In this document: positions 36,885 through 50,435 of the stretch, piece by piece | How positions within the stretch are numbered: the stretch's first letter is position 1 | Layout of the letters: the number at the start of each line of letters is the position of its first letter | NCBI GenBank assembly: GCA_951406725.2 | Contig: OX597820.1 | Span: 39,928,001-39,992,000, forward strand | Origin: Octopus vulgaris | Lineage: Eukaryota | DNA: 64,000 nucleotides | Direction of reading: 5' to 3' | Program-made: the position numbers and the translations under genes | Notes under the pieces: generated by a model | Seen by the model: the letters and a program-made list of their open reading frames with translations, nothing else | Database searches by the model: none | What the model was told of the DNA's origin: nothing

Positions 36885-37545
36885 TCCAACCCCCTGATCA
36901 TATTATTATTTTTATAAAGGCCTTTATGTAAGGAGTCCTCCTAATTAAGTACCCCTAACAAATAATATTATCATGTATGTATTAACACTGGAAACATTTA
37001 AAACTTATATTATACACCTCAGTTTATAATTAATATATCGTTAGCATGTTCTATCGCCTCAATATTCTTTTAGGAGATATCAGTGATCAGTCTTTATAGA
37101 TACCACCAAATAAATAATTTAGTAAAATGATTGAATCATTAAACAAATTCTATATAATCTTCTCTTTTCTGTTGATGATAACAAGGTATATATACTTCAT
37201 CATGATTTAGTGATTAAACTATTTATTCCTTTCTGTGATGTTCTACCCTACTGATCACAATTATTTTTATAATAGCCTTTATGTAAGTAAACCTAATGTT
37301 TGTATCCCTATAAATTTATATTAGCTTACATATACCAGCACCGGTAACTTCACAGTCTATAATATACCGCTTAGATTATAATTAATATATAGTTAGCATG
37401 TTCTATTGTCCCCTTTAGTAAATGCCAGTGATCAGGCTTCATAGATACCACCTAATAAATAAATAATTAAGTATGAATGAGTATTAAACTAATTCTATGT
37501 AATTTTTTCTCTCTCTCTATTGTTGAAAACCTTGGTATATATTCA
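36885..37545. repeat. Diverged ~355-bp tandem duplication
   Basis: CTGATCA..TTATTTTTATAA..GCCTTTATGTAAG, TTATAATTAATATAT.GTTAGCATGTTCTAT and CAGTGATCAG..ATAGATACCACC each occur twice. Confidence 0.8.
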
Positions 37546-38083
37546 AAATTATTCAAAGTTTATCTTTATGGTTATAATATTATTCGATAACCCTAAATTT
37601 TGTCTTTATACAATATAACAATATTGTTTAAACCATACACCCCATGATAACATTCCCCCTGTGTTATCATCATTGATTTTATTAGCGTCTTGCCCCTTTA
37701 ACTGGTAATGAACATCTTGATTTAAGGTCTTCCTTTACCAGTTACATTATACTACTTCAAAATAATCTTGATAAGTTTTACGACTTGTCACTATGATTCT
37801 GTCAACTTGCCACTATGATTCTGTCAACTCCCTCGTGCCCTTTTCTAATAGACATTCCTCTCTAGTCTTAGATTTTAATATACAACGATTTCATAAACAC
37901 GACTATAAATATAAACCGATCCAAAAATCGGTGACAAGCTAGGATCCTAACGCGTTTTTTTCCTGATGTCTTAGAAACTTCTAAGCATGGATTTTGCCTG
38001 TCTTCTTACCTTCTTAGAGGATTTAAGTAAAATTATACAAATGTGTCCCACTGATTAAATTAAATTTATTCTATTTATTTATT

Positions 38084-38173
38084 GATGAAGCTGGCGATAG
38101 CCCTGCTTTTAAACTGATGTAATTATTGCATTGTTCAATTAAATGGAGCCGCTTGAAACGGTCGTACTGCATC
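38084..38173 (+). ncRNA. Type I hammerhead motif with long stem II (core mutated)
   Basis: GATGAAG-CTGGCGA-T-AGC...GCT-T-GAAAC-GGTC-GTA-CTGCATC. Confidence 0.55.
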
Positions 38174-38251
38174 ACCTCTGGATATCCTGTTGCTTATTTT
38201 GATATACATACATATACACACACACGCATCCATACATATATACATACATAC

Positions 38252-38288
<37 letters not shown>

Positions 38289-38328
38289 CAAACACACACA
38301 CACGCATATATATATACATATATATATA

Positions 38329-38539
<211 letters not shown>

Positions 38540-40378
38540 TGTGTGGAAACAATCAAGTTAGTTTATGTTTTTATAGCATATAATCAAAGCACAATACAAC
38601 AAAATATTCTTTCAAAAGACAGCTGAGATAATGACTTTGCAGAAAAAAAAAAAACTAGTGGAATAGAACATAATTTTTATGATGGATAACGGAAGTCATA
38701 GGAATTATGAACTTTGAGAGAGAAAGTTGTGACATGGAAGAAAGAAAAAGCAAAGAAAAATGGGAAAACTTATGAAATAGATTGATAATAGCTCGTTTAA
38801 AAGAGGTTCGTTTACCGTCTGTAGTTTTACTGTAGTTCCTGAAGAGATGTCTTTTGTCTTTTATTTTTACCAATTTTACATTGATGAACTGTAGGTGTAC
38901 GCTGGGAATGAATCACTTCTTGTGTTTTCTTTATATCACATTGTGCAATTTGTATCAGGTGCAGCGTTTTTTGCTATATATCAACGAATAGACAAATAGC
39001 CAGCCAAGTGCCGCCAGAGTGTTGCAATTCACTTTAGGTTTTCGCCTGGACATATTTCTTGCTGGAATGTAATGCACATTTGTCTAACTTGCATAATTCA
39101 GGCAGCAATTACGTATAAACTCCATTAAATTATTTCACCTAAAAACAATCTTTTTTATTGTGTTGCATCATTGGGTTAAGCATTAACGAATGTATACAAT
39201 CTGCTGAGTTTCATGTTAAATTCTCCAATCCTCTTCATTTGTCTGCAGTTTGTTCTGGTTCTTTGGTTTCAATCAGCATATTTGTGAGTCATAGCTAATG
39301 TTTACGAGGCACCCTGTTTAAATCAATCAAACTTATTATTTTATTATATTTTGTTAATGTTTTCAGTCATTAGACTGTATTCACTCTGAGATACAGCATT
39401 TAAGTATTTATTTCACTATTCTTGTAAAATGAAAAAAAAAGTATCTTCTCTAAGAGGAGAGGAATATCGAACAATATTTCTGCTCGAATGTATTAATTTC
39501 ATACATATCTGATATAAACAATAATATAAGACAAACTTGGAATAGTTTCCATTTATGATATATAACTCAAACAATTATTTGTCGACCCGAGGCTATAGTA
39601 GAATAGATTTACATACGTTGGTGGCCAGTGGGGTCAAACTTGTAATCCCGTGTTTGCAAAGGAAACATTAGGATCACACTTCAACGTTTGAGCACGTAGG
39701 CACAGTAGTTGAGATTACACTACGGAAAATTCACTGATGACGATTAGATTAAATAGTCAGTCTTGTATCCAGCGAGTTTCCGGATGTGGAGACACAGAGA
39801 ATGCATCAATAATTGATATGAAAACATAACAAAGAAACAGATAGAGAGATCGACTTTCTCTATAGAGAAAAGAGATAGTTAGAAATACTTTTTTCCTCAA
39901 ATGGGAAGTTGAATTTTAATACCGAAAGGCTGTTGTGAAATCTAAAATGTGAACATTTCGGTTTTTCTTTATAAGTACAACATAGGACATTCATGTGTGC
40001 ATAAGATCTTTGACATAATCCATGAATCCGCTGGTTGTGTATTTGATCTTTTACATACACTTTATGGAGTATTCATTGAGTTTCTGTGCAATTGAATATC
40101 TGTATATCCCCTAACACAGTCGGTTGTGTATGTGGTCAGGGGAAAATATTTCCCCACCCAATCACTGCATAGATGTGTTGTTCAGTGTCTACCAACTTTC
40201 TGTTAGAATGATACGGTGGTTTATTTTCCATTTCGAATAATGCCCCCGTGTTCATTCGAAGGATTAGAAAACATTGAAAGAACATACAGTAATATATATA
40301 ACGGCAAACACAGCAAAGATCAAGAACCAAATCAGAATATGGAACAATACATACATAGATATAGAAATATCCATATTT

Positions 40379-40419
<41 letters not shown>

Positions 40420-41737
40420 CACACACACACATTTAACTTTATGGCTGTACGTCTGTTGGTGTTTGTTCGATCACTTGAAAATCAATTACATGCTTGGCAT
40501 TTAATAACCTTTGATTATTCAGTCAATGCTAGAGAAAGGTGAGAGGTCATAATAAGACAGCCACGATATACGATCAAAACATTTACCTCATTATATTGCT
40601 GTCAATACTTCAGTGTTAGGACTGCGACTGAACTTTTCTCAACATTACGGTTCGATGCATTTGTCTCTGTAGTTCTTAACAGTTTAGAAAACAAGACACA
40701 GAGAAAGATAAAGATTACAACGAACAATGATTGTTGAAAAGACAATATCATCTCGAAGAAGAATAACAGACAAATGAAATAGCATTGCTTGTTGTCTCTA
40801 AACTAGAATCGTTAATATCGTTTGCAAAAACCAGCAAGCATAATCAATGAGAAATCTTATACCAGATTGTATGAGATCATATTAACATAGTGAAAAACAG
40901 TATATAAATAATTGTTGGAGCTTTTATTTACATTGCCCCAGAGGCCAACTCTATCTGTTTTTCTGTCTCGCTTACTACGATACCGCTACCTTTTCTCTGT
41001 AATACACACTCACATGCACACACATGTATGTGTATGTGCATGCGTGCGTACGTATGTATGTATGTATGTATGTATGTATGTATGTATGTATGTATGTATG
41101 TATGTATTAATGCAGGTTTGTAGGCATGTAAGTATGTATGCATGAATGTTCGTATCTATAAGAGGTCGTTCTTGAGCGCTACTGGCAATATGTAACCCAG
41201 TACAATCTGTTGCATGGTCGGGTCGTCGGCGACTAAACTGGTTACACCAGTAAGCCTGCTGGGTGGGTACGGTGGTTTCTCGACACTTTGCGGGATGAAA
41301 AGACAGATCTATCAAAGCATAGATGAACTCGTAGGAGTCAACAGTTGGCCGGTTAAACCACCGCGACTGAGGGACCCCAAGCTGCTGTCATAGCACCCTT
41401 CAAGGCGAGGGGCTCTTTGACCCTACTATATCGTTACGGCCTGTCACTAGCTGCTAATCAAAGTGGCTCAGAGAGTGGTAATCGTGTCGTATATGCGTTT
41501 ATCACTATAATCCTGTGACGTACATCTGCCTTTTCATTTATAGTGACGTCCTATGGCAATAAAATTGTGGTGACATGCGTTGACTTAACCAGCTGGAATC
41601 GCACAGTTATGGAGATCTGCAGGGAAACTGAATTATTTGCTGAGAGGTCATGGGCGGAAGGTCAGTTATACCATTGACAACCAGTAAACAAAAAGAGACG
41701 GCATTCATCTTTGAAGATAGAGCGACCTTCATGCATG

Positions 41738-41771
<34 letters not shown>

Positions 41772-42602
41772 TGTATGTATGTATGTATGTATGTATGTAT
41801 CTATAGAGAGATATGCGTTGCGCGTGGGTTTATGTTTGTTTATTATATACAGCCTGAATGATCATACGCAGTAAGACACCATGAATGATCAGCAGCTTGC
41901 GAATAAAGAAACTCTAGTGTCTGTATTGAGTGCGTTGTCTCTCGTTTGTACTCGCATATATAGGTGTATACATACAAAATTATTTACATACAGGTATGTA
42001 TGTGTGTGTATATGTATGTATGTATGTATGTATGCATGTATGTATGTATGTATGTATGTATGTATGTATGTATGTGCATATGTATGTACGTATGTATGTA
42101 TGTATGTATGTATGTGCATATGTATGTACGTATGTATGTATGTGCATATGTATGTACGTATATATGTACGTATGTATGTATGTAACCATTTACTTAGCTA
42201 GCTAACTAGCAAACACCTTCTACCATCTAGCTATCAGTTTCTATCGTCTGCTTTCGCTTTTTTTTTTCTTTCTACATTGTTATTTAATGCCTCTTCACTC
42301 TTCCTTTGAGTTCGACTTTCTGTCAGTGTGTTTTTCGCCCTGTTTTTATATGTTCCTCCATTTTTTTTCGCATTTTCTTTTTCATCTTGTTTAAAACAAC
42401 AAAAGAAATCATCTCAACGAAATCACTATTTTACTCTCCGTTCACGCTCCATTGTTAATTCTCTCTATCTGAAATATTATGCGTTGTTTGTTTCTCTCTT
42501 ATTATTTTTTCTTTTCGTCAGTTTTTTCCTCTCTCTCCTATATTCTTTCCTTTTAACACGATGAAAATAAAAAAAAAACTTAGACAGTAAGAGAGAACCA
42601 AA

Positions 42603-42604
<2 letters not shown>

Positions 42605-42668
<64 letters not shown>
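42605..42668. repeat. (AAT)n microsatellite
   Basis: Directly visible. Confidence 0.95.
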
Positions 42669-42669
<1 letters not shown>

Positions 42670-43062
42670 TAAACAATTAAAAACAGTACATCTCAAAAGA
42701 AAGCTAGAGGGGAAAGTAGAAAACTTCCAGTAAATATTTGTCCTCTCACTGACTGTTTGCAGCAGACGATGAAAACGATATGTAGCGTGGTTTCCGATCT
42801 TAACACATTTTTCACGTCACTTCCGTAATTTCAAAACAATCTTATTTTGTACTTCGGCAATGAAAATTAGTTCAGACTCATCACTTGTCTTTCTTTGATT
42901 CGTTCGATTTTTTTCTCTTTTTTTGGTTCTTCTTTGCATTTATTTTTCGTTTTTTTTTTGTTTCTTTTTGTTTTGTTTTATTACTCATTCTTTTGACATT
43001 TACCATCTCTTCTCCATACTGTTTGTGTTGTGTTCTCTGACACACACTCTCTCTCTCTCCCG

Positions 43063-43113
<51 letters not shown>

Positions 43114-43286
43114 GCACAGCAACACTGACTTTTCATTCCTTATATTTCTTAGTATTTTACATTTTATTCCTCTAGTATTATTTTGGTCTTCATGTATTAT
43201 CTCTCGCTCTTTATCTATAAATCTGTCTCACTTTCTCTGTCTGCTGTCTGTCTATCTGTCTGCCTGTCTGTCTCTCTCTCTTTCTT

Positions 43287-43350
<64 letters not shown>

Positions 43351-43495
43351 GGTAACTACCTCTGTCTATCATTTCCTCTTTCTGCTTCTTTATGCATTTT
43401 TTGTTCCTCTCTCTATTCCTTTCTTCTCTTTATCATTCTGTTTATTATTGATTTCAGTCGTGTAAAGATATATACATACATACATACATACATAC

Positions 43496-43544
<49 letters not shown>

Positions 43545-44387
43545 GTATACATACACACGAATATATACATATGTATAGCTGTATATATACATATATACAT
43601 ATTCAAGCATACATACAGACAATAGACTCGCTCTCTCCCTCATACACACATGCACACACACACACAAAACTTTCTTTGCATTAACTTCTTTGCCTATGAT
43701 GCTCTCAGAAAGTTCTCTCGCTCTTATTTGGTTTTCTTTTCTCTGTATCTACACACTACCACATTACACTCACTCCTCTATTTGAATTTTCGTTCTTTCC
43801 TTTGTTTCCCTGTCGGTTATTTACGACTGATACTGAAATGCAGTTTCTAACCAAGAAACTTTTTGTAAATGCTAACTTACATTGAATCCTGAATGAGTTA
43901 TATTACTAAGTAGCGGATCCTGTAAAAATGCACTTGTGTTTGTGCGTCAAAGTGCATGACTCTGATACATTTTTTATATACATGTGTGTAGTGGTATACT
44001 CGCAAACATATCTATAAATCACATACATGTTGCTGTAAGTGCATTTACGTGCGTGTGCATTTGTATCTAATTTATATGTGTTTATGTTTGCATGTGTGCA
44101 TAAGCATATCAGGGTGAATACCAGCACATACTATACACAATATGAACATTCCTCGACTGATATTTTGTCGTCCTCTTGTGATCTAAACCCTATAACTTTC
44201 GATTATACTCTCATGTTGTGTAAACGTTTACATATATTAATGTAATAATCTGATTTGATAACAGCTGTTTGCATGTTCATACCATTATATCTTTATCCTA
44301 TTCTCCCTCAACACATACACTCACACACGGACAAGCGCGTGCACACATCCACACACACACATGTAGATTATATACGTATATATATAT

Positions 44388-44812
44388 CACGTGACCGCTG
44401 GTCAAAATCAGCCTTTTGGCCTCCGACCACTGCCGTGAGAACATCTGTTGTCTGCCGATAAAGGCATTTTCTCCAAATACGCCAGCTAAACTTGTTTTAC
44501 TGTTTATTAGTCGTAAGACACCCGCTGTTTTTTGTCCTGTTTTTACCATTATTGTTTTTTTGTATTTTATATTCGTGTGGCATCGTCCGTTTTTCTGTCC
44601 CTGTTTCGTATACATTCGATCCTTCTTCCAAGAAATCTAATGCTCGTAGCTTAGTTTTTCCTTGGGGCTGGCCGGATCGGAGCGATCTCAAGATTAATCA
44701 GCCGAAATTGCTAGGATGATCCGGTTCTTGACTGAAGATTGAAGGCTTCGAATGTCCCGTCCGTGTTTTTTGCATCGTCTTCTAAATGTTTTACGTTCTT
44801 GTCCCAGTTTAT
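44388..44812 (+). repeat. Interspersed repeat family E
   Basis: Reverse complement of 11705-12170. Confidence 0.8.
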
Positions 44813-44832
44813 ATTTTTCTACATATAAAATA

Positions 44833-44875
<43 letters not shown>

Positions 44876-45302
44876 GTATATATATATATATATATATATA
44901 CATATCATATGTTTTCTCCTTGTCCTGTCTTTTACTTTTTTTATTTGAGTTGTTTTTACTGTCTTGTTTTGTTTTTACCCTCCTGTTCTTACCACTTTTA
45001 CCCCTCCGCAAAAAATCCCATTTTTCATTCAATTTGCTTTGCAGGAAGGATTGTTTCAATAAAGTCGCGTCTTGCCCTTAACTTCGAAAAGTGGAGTAGC
45101 CGAAACAGGGACAACTGAAGAAGGGGAATATTACTTGTGTTGTATATCTTGTACTCTGTTTTTTCGTTGTTTGAAAAAAAGGCCGATTCCATGTTTTGTT
45201 TTTATGTTTTCCTTTCTCATTGTGTTCAAGGTTTTTTTGGTGTCCTGTACCCATATATGCGTGTATATATACATATAGATGTAGGTATGTACATATATAT
45301 TA

Positions 45303-45702
45303 CTAGCAGTATCGCCCGGCGTTGCTCTGGTTTGTAAGGGAAATAAATATATAAGCATTTTTAGAGATGTAAAGTATAATAGCCATCTCAATATGGTTAA
45401 CCACAAAGGGGGGGGGATGTTACTGTAGCTTTTTACGTTCTGAGATTTAATAATACATTTTTAGAGAGTTACTTCCCTTATATAAACCGAGCGAAAATGC
45501 ATTAAAAATGCGGAAAAATTATGTTAATTTTTTTTTTAAATCGTAGACTCATTGTAGACGCGCGCTAATACCCAGAAGGGCTCGATATGAATCACGACTA
45601 TAAGATACCCGCTTTTGGTTACACCGCACCGCAAAATGTGGGAGTAGTTAGGAATCTAAATCGTAGGAGACAGACACACAACTTCACTTTTATATATAAA
45701 GA
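45303..45702 (-). mobile_element. Non-autonomous Helitron
   Basis: Minus strand A|TC...CTAG|T with an imperfect subterminal GC hairpin (45315-45330). Confidence 0.8.
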
Positions 45703-45804
45703 TTTTGTTAGTTTAAGTATATATATATTTATATATATACATGTAAATATATGTATACAGGTATACGTACATATATATAGTTTTATATTCTTTTATTTTT
45801 TTAT

Positions 45805-45972
45805 TCTTTTACTTGTCTCAGTCATTTAACTGCGACCATGCTGGAGCACAGCCTTTAGTCGAGCACATCGACCCAAGGACTTATTCTTTGTAAGCCTAAT
45901 ACTTATTCTATCGGTCTCTTGTGCCGAACCGCTAAGTTACGGGGACGTAAACACACCAGCATCGGTTGTCAA
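45805..45972 (-). mobile_element. SINE family A, 3' half
   Basis: Match to consensus. Confidence 0.85.
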
Positions 45973-46914
45973 AAACGTTAAGAATAAACCCTGTTCTATG
46001 TGGCGCATTCTACCAGTATGCGAAGTTTCAAAGTGTTTAGTTAAAAAAAAAATAATAAAAAAATCTGGCCGTCAAATTGAATAGATCTCAACATTTTTTT
46101 GTCTTCCCATTCGGGAGTCAGTATAATTCTTTTTTGTCTAACTTCCTTCATTCTCTCTCTCTCTCTTTCTCTCTCCCTCTCTCTTTCTCTCCTTTTCTGC
46201 TGATTGTTTTCAACCATCATTATCACCAGTACCACCACCATCGCCACCACAGCTGCCATACATACACCATTCAGACTCACGCCACCACCATAAATACCTT
46301 TGACTTCACCACCGTCCCCTCCATCACCATCACCAATGTCTTTCACATCCCTTTTCATCACAGTAATGCTTGACCGCCTCAGCTACTACCAACGCCAACA
46401 CCAACATTACCGCCGCTTCCACCTCTATCACAACTACATCTCATACTGTAGAAGATACACTGAATAGTGACACACTGACACACAGAAATTCTTTTTGGCA
46501 TTTGTTATTATAGATATATTTACACACACACATACACAGAGAAAATGGACATTGACAGCAGTATGCAAGTTTTTACCAAAATGGAAAACTTTAATTATCA
46601 CTAAATATGACTAGCGTTTTAGAAGCACCTACATTGCTTACATACACACACACACACACACACACACAGACGCTCCTGCGACCTGCTGCTTCTTAAACCA
46701 TTCTGTTGGCCTTCGTATCTCGACCAACATGTGTCCCCACTACCGAAACGGTAATTATTTCTACGCCAGCTATGTTGTTGTTGTGTTTTTGTCTCATTTG
46801 GTCTAAAGTCGTATGACAACCACCGTTATATATATTTTGTTTATTCATTACTGTTTTCAATTTCGTTTTCGTCTCTTGTATTCACATCCGTCTTGTGCGT
46901 TCACATTCCTGTCT

Positions 46915-47085
46915 TCTACCAAGAAATCTAATGCTTACAGCTTAGTTTTTTTCTTGGGGCTGGCCGAGTTGGAGCAAATATCAGAATTGAACAGCCGAAA
47001 TTTGCTATGATGATTCGGTGTCTGACTGAAGATTGAAGGCTTCGAATGATTTGTCTGTGTTCCGTGTTCGTCCCTTCCTGTATTT
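46915..47085 (+). repeat. Interspersed repeat family E (diverged)
   Basis: Similar to 44625-44800. Confidence 0.75.
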
Positions 47086-47114
47086 CACGTTCATTATATA
47101 TAAAAACATTCATT

Positions 47115-47179
<65 letters not shown>

Positions 47180-47181
<2 letters not shown>

Positions 47182-47393
47182 AAATGTGACCGCGTGTGTA
47201 CCGATGACGATTTTTTCCCTCCGTCTTCCCTTCTCTGGATCTTTCCTTTTCCTACGTTTCTGACGAAGAGCTCCCCTCGAAACGTAAACCTCCTCTTCTT
47301 CTCTTCCTTCCTGAGCGTCCAATAATGCTATATTTGTTCCACGTCCTCGCGTTGTTGCGTTTTCTCTTTGTGTTTTCATGTTTGGATTAACTT

Positions 47394-47395
<2 letters not shown>
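47180..47395 (+). mobile_element. Penelope-like terminal repeat between (TA)n tracts
   Basis: Contains a minimal HHR. Confidence 0.6.
47256..47289 (+). ncRNA. Minimal type I hammerhead motif
   Basis: GTTT-CTGACGA-A-GAG(CTCCC)CTC-GAAAC-GT(A)-AAAC. Confidence 0.65.
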
Positions 47396-47431
<36 letters not shown>

Positions 47432-48131
47432 TCAAACACACACATATACGCAGATAGAAAGGAAAGCTGAAGAAAAGGAGACAGAGAAATGAGAGAGAGG
47501 GGGAGAGAGATACAAAGTGAGAGAAAGGCTTACTCAGATTAGGAGACCCGCATGCAGAATATTTCAGGGATCTCTAAGACTCCTTGGAATGTAAGAAAAG
47601 TTATCTCTAGACCGGAGAGCTAGCTTAAATACTTCCAACTGTGTGCAGTACACTAAAGGAAGCCAGGGGTAGTTAAATCAATCTCTCTTGATCAATCAGA
47701 GCCTATGCTTGAATATACTTGTCCAAGGTGATATGCATCAAATTGCTTAGTTCTAAAATCAACACCCTAATGATATGCAATTCCAGTTTATATATAGATA
47801 AGTAGAGTTTTTCTACGCTCTTTAGCCCTATATAAATCTTTTGTAGTTGTAATAGTACAGATCAGTCTCCATCGAGTAACTTTCTAATCGAAAGCACTCT
47901 AGCTAGAGTTGTCTCGTTCTTTGTGAGTCTTAGTTGACTACATTATATATGATGCCCGTTTACTGTCGTCGAGACTATAAACCATCAGAGGACGCATAGA
48001 ACCCAGCGTAGCCTCATCAAAGCTCTTTCCTCTAACTCACTGTTTACGAGAGGGTTCTTTTTCTCTTTCACGTAGGATAATTTAATAGATTTGGTGTGAG
48101 TGAGCAAAATTATTCACACAGGGACTATACT

Positions 48132-48410
48132 ATTTTACTTGTTTCAGTCATTTGACTGCGGACATTCTGGAGCACCGCCTTTAAGGGTTTTAGCCGAAGA
48201 GATCGATCCCAGGGCTCATTCTTTGTAAGCCTAGTACTTATTCTATCGGTCTCTTTTTATACATAAATTTATGCATAAATATAATCGACGGGATTTTTTC
48301 AGTTTACGTTTACCAAATCCATTCACAAAGCCTTGGTGAACTCAAGGCTATAGTAGAAGTGACTTGTCGAAGTGCCACACAGTGGCATCGAAACCGGAAC
48401 CAAATGGTAA
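48132..48410 (-). mobile_element. SINE family A (internally deleted)
   Basis: Tail and head halves match consensus. Confidence 0.8.
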
Positions 48411-48724
48411 TTTAGGTGAGCATCTGGCAAAAAATAGTTTAGGAATCCCTGTTTAAATTTCTCCGTCCACTTATCCGTTTCATCTGTTAAAGTCAATAAA
48501 AATTAACAGACAGTCACTGACTCGACTTTAGCGCATTGCTCTATTCCTTAAATTCTTATACGCTTCTGAGCGAACAAGACTTTATTTGCTAAATTAGAAA
48601 TTTTAATATATGCTCGCGCGCATGTGTGTTCTATCAAGAGCGATGGATTGTCAAAAAGAGGGGAGTGGTTGAAATTACAACGGGGTCAACATGCAATTTC
48701 ATTCTTCCGATGAATATATAATAT

Positions 48725-49018
48725 CACGTGATCACGTGACTGACCAGACCATCAGATATTGTTACACATCGCTGGTCACAATGCGTTCGCATTGTTTTAG
48801 CCTTCAAATGACGCCACCCCGCTGGCTAAGCGAGCAGGCCAACAGAAGAAAGAGTGGTGAAAGAGTACAGCAGGGATCACCACCCCCTGCCGGAGCCTCG
48901 TGGAGCTTTTTAGGTGTCTTCGCTCAGTAAACACACACAACGCCCGGTCTGGGAATCGAAACCGCGATCCTGCGACCGCGAGTCCGCTGCCCTAACCACT
49001 AGGCCATTGCGCCTCCAC
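48725..49018 (-). mobile_element. SINE family C, full length, tRNA-derived head
   Basis: Head GGCGCAATGGCCTAGTGGTTAGGG...GGTTTCGATTCCC with A and B boxes. Confidence 0.88.
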
Positions 49019-49763
49019 GAATATATAATATGTACCTGTCAAATATTGGGATCGATTAAATAGATTACACCCTGGTAAAAAATCAATATATGTACTGCTG
49101 TAGCAGACATCCAATCCTGTCATTTCTCAATGTTGTAGGTATTTATTGTTTCTTGAATTAGTGATCGATTCTGTAATTTAGAACTAATAGAGGAAAAAAA
49201 TGTAATTTTCAAATGATAATCAAGCCAGATATGTGAGCAACGGAAATAATTTTCTATAATAGATTTTAGAAAACTTTGAATTATTTATTAGAATTTCATG
49301 TCAACATAACTTTGTTTCAATAAAAGGAATTAAATTCAATACAAAGTATTGTTATATTGATTAGTTAGTTAGGCCTGATTGTATGGTTAAAATTGTCGCT
49401 TAACGACTACAAGCTTCCAGTTTGATCACACTGTTGGCACCCTAGGAAAACTTTCTCAAAAGAGCATCGCGATTGGAGTCTAGTAGACAGAGACTGTGTA
49501 GACAGAGACCGAAGTTAACTTAGGATACCGGATTTTTTATATTCCGAAGGCCAAACAAGTGCGGCGGCAAAAAGAGAGAGCGGGAGAGAGAGAGAGGGAG
49601 AGAAAGAGAGAGAGAGAGAGAGATTCTTCAGAGAGATATTTTTTATTCTTCAAAATTTCTATAACAAGTATACAATACATAAAAGAATCCACCAGGGATA
49701 ATTCGTCGAACAACCGCCTCACAAGAAAAGGGAGTAATAAAAATTTGTTCAACAAAAATACAT

Positions 49764-49926
49764 AGGCTCAGGAGTGGCTGTGCGGTAAGTAGCTTGATTA
49801 CCAATCACGTGGTTCCAGGTTTAGTCCCACTGTGTGGCACCTTGAGCAAGTCTCTTCTACTATAGCCCCGGGCCGACCAAAGCCTTGTGAGTGGATTTGG
49901 TAGACGGAAACTTAAAGATTCCTGTC

Positions 49927-49993
<67 letters not shown>

Positions 49994-50435
49994 TATGTAT
50001 GTATAAAAAATATATATAAAAATGCAAAATGGGACAAGAACGCAAAACATTCAAATAGACGACACAAAAAACGGACGGTTCATTCGAAGCCTCTAATCTT
50101 CAGTCAAGAACCGGATCATCCTCGCAATTTCGGCTGATTAATCTTGAGATCGCTCCGATCCGGCCAGCCCCAAGGAAAAACTAAGCTACGAGCATTAGAT
50201 TTCTTGGGATATGTGTGTTTGTGTGTGTGTCTGTGTGTCTGTGTGTGTGTGCTTGTCCCCCCACCATCGCTTGACAACCAATGTTGGTGTGTTCACGTCC
50301 CCGTAACTTAGCGGTTCGGCTTAAGAGACCGATAGGATAAGTACTAAACTTACATAGAATAAGTCCTGGGGTCGATTTGTTCGACTAAAGGCGGTGCTCC
50401 AGCATGGCTGCAGACAAATGACTGAAGCAAATAAA
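49764..50435 (+). mobile_element. SINE family A with nested family E insertion
   Basis: Head 49764-49928, tail ~50250-50435, and family E (-) at 50025-50207 inside the internal microsatellite. Confidence 0.88.

Larger units (their letters stand above)
35885..38205 (+). mobile_element. Penelope-like (Neptune-type) remnant: partial pLTR, GIY-YIG relic, long AT-rich 3' region, pLTR
   Basis: CTTGAAACGG.CGTA.TGCA at both 35895 and 38152. Endonuclease relic at 36150-36545. Confidence 0.7.

Noticed and set aside
38650-39310. Possible DNA-transposase relic
   Set aside because: No diagnostic motifs could be read.
46077-46440. His/Thr-rich ORF
   Set aside because: Degenerate (CAC/CAT)n low-complexity tract.
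47339-47360. ACG-TCCTCG-CGT resembling P3/L3 of an HDV-like ribozyme
   Set aside because: No P1, P1.1 GG or P4/J4-2 elements.
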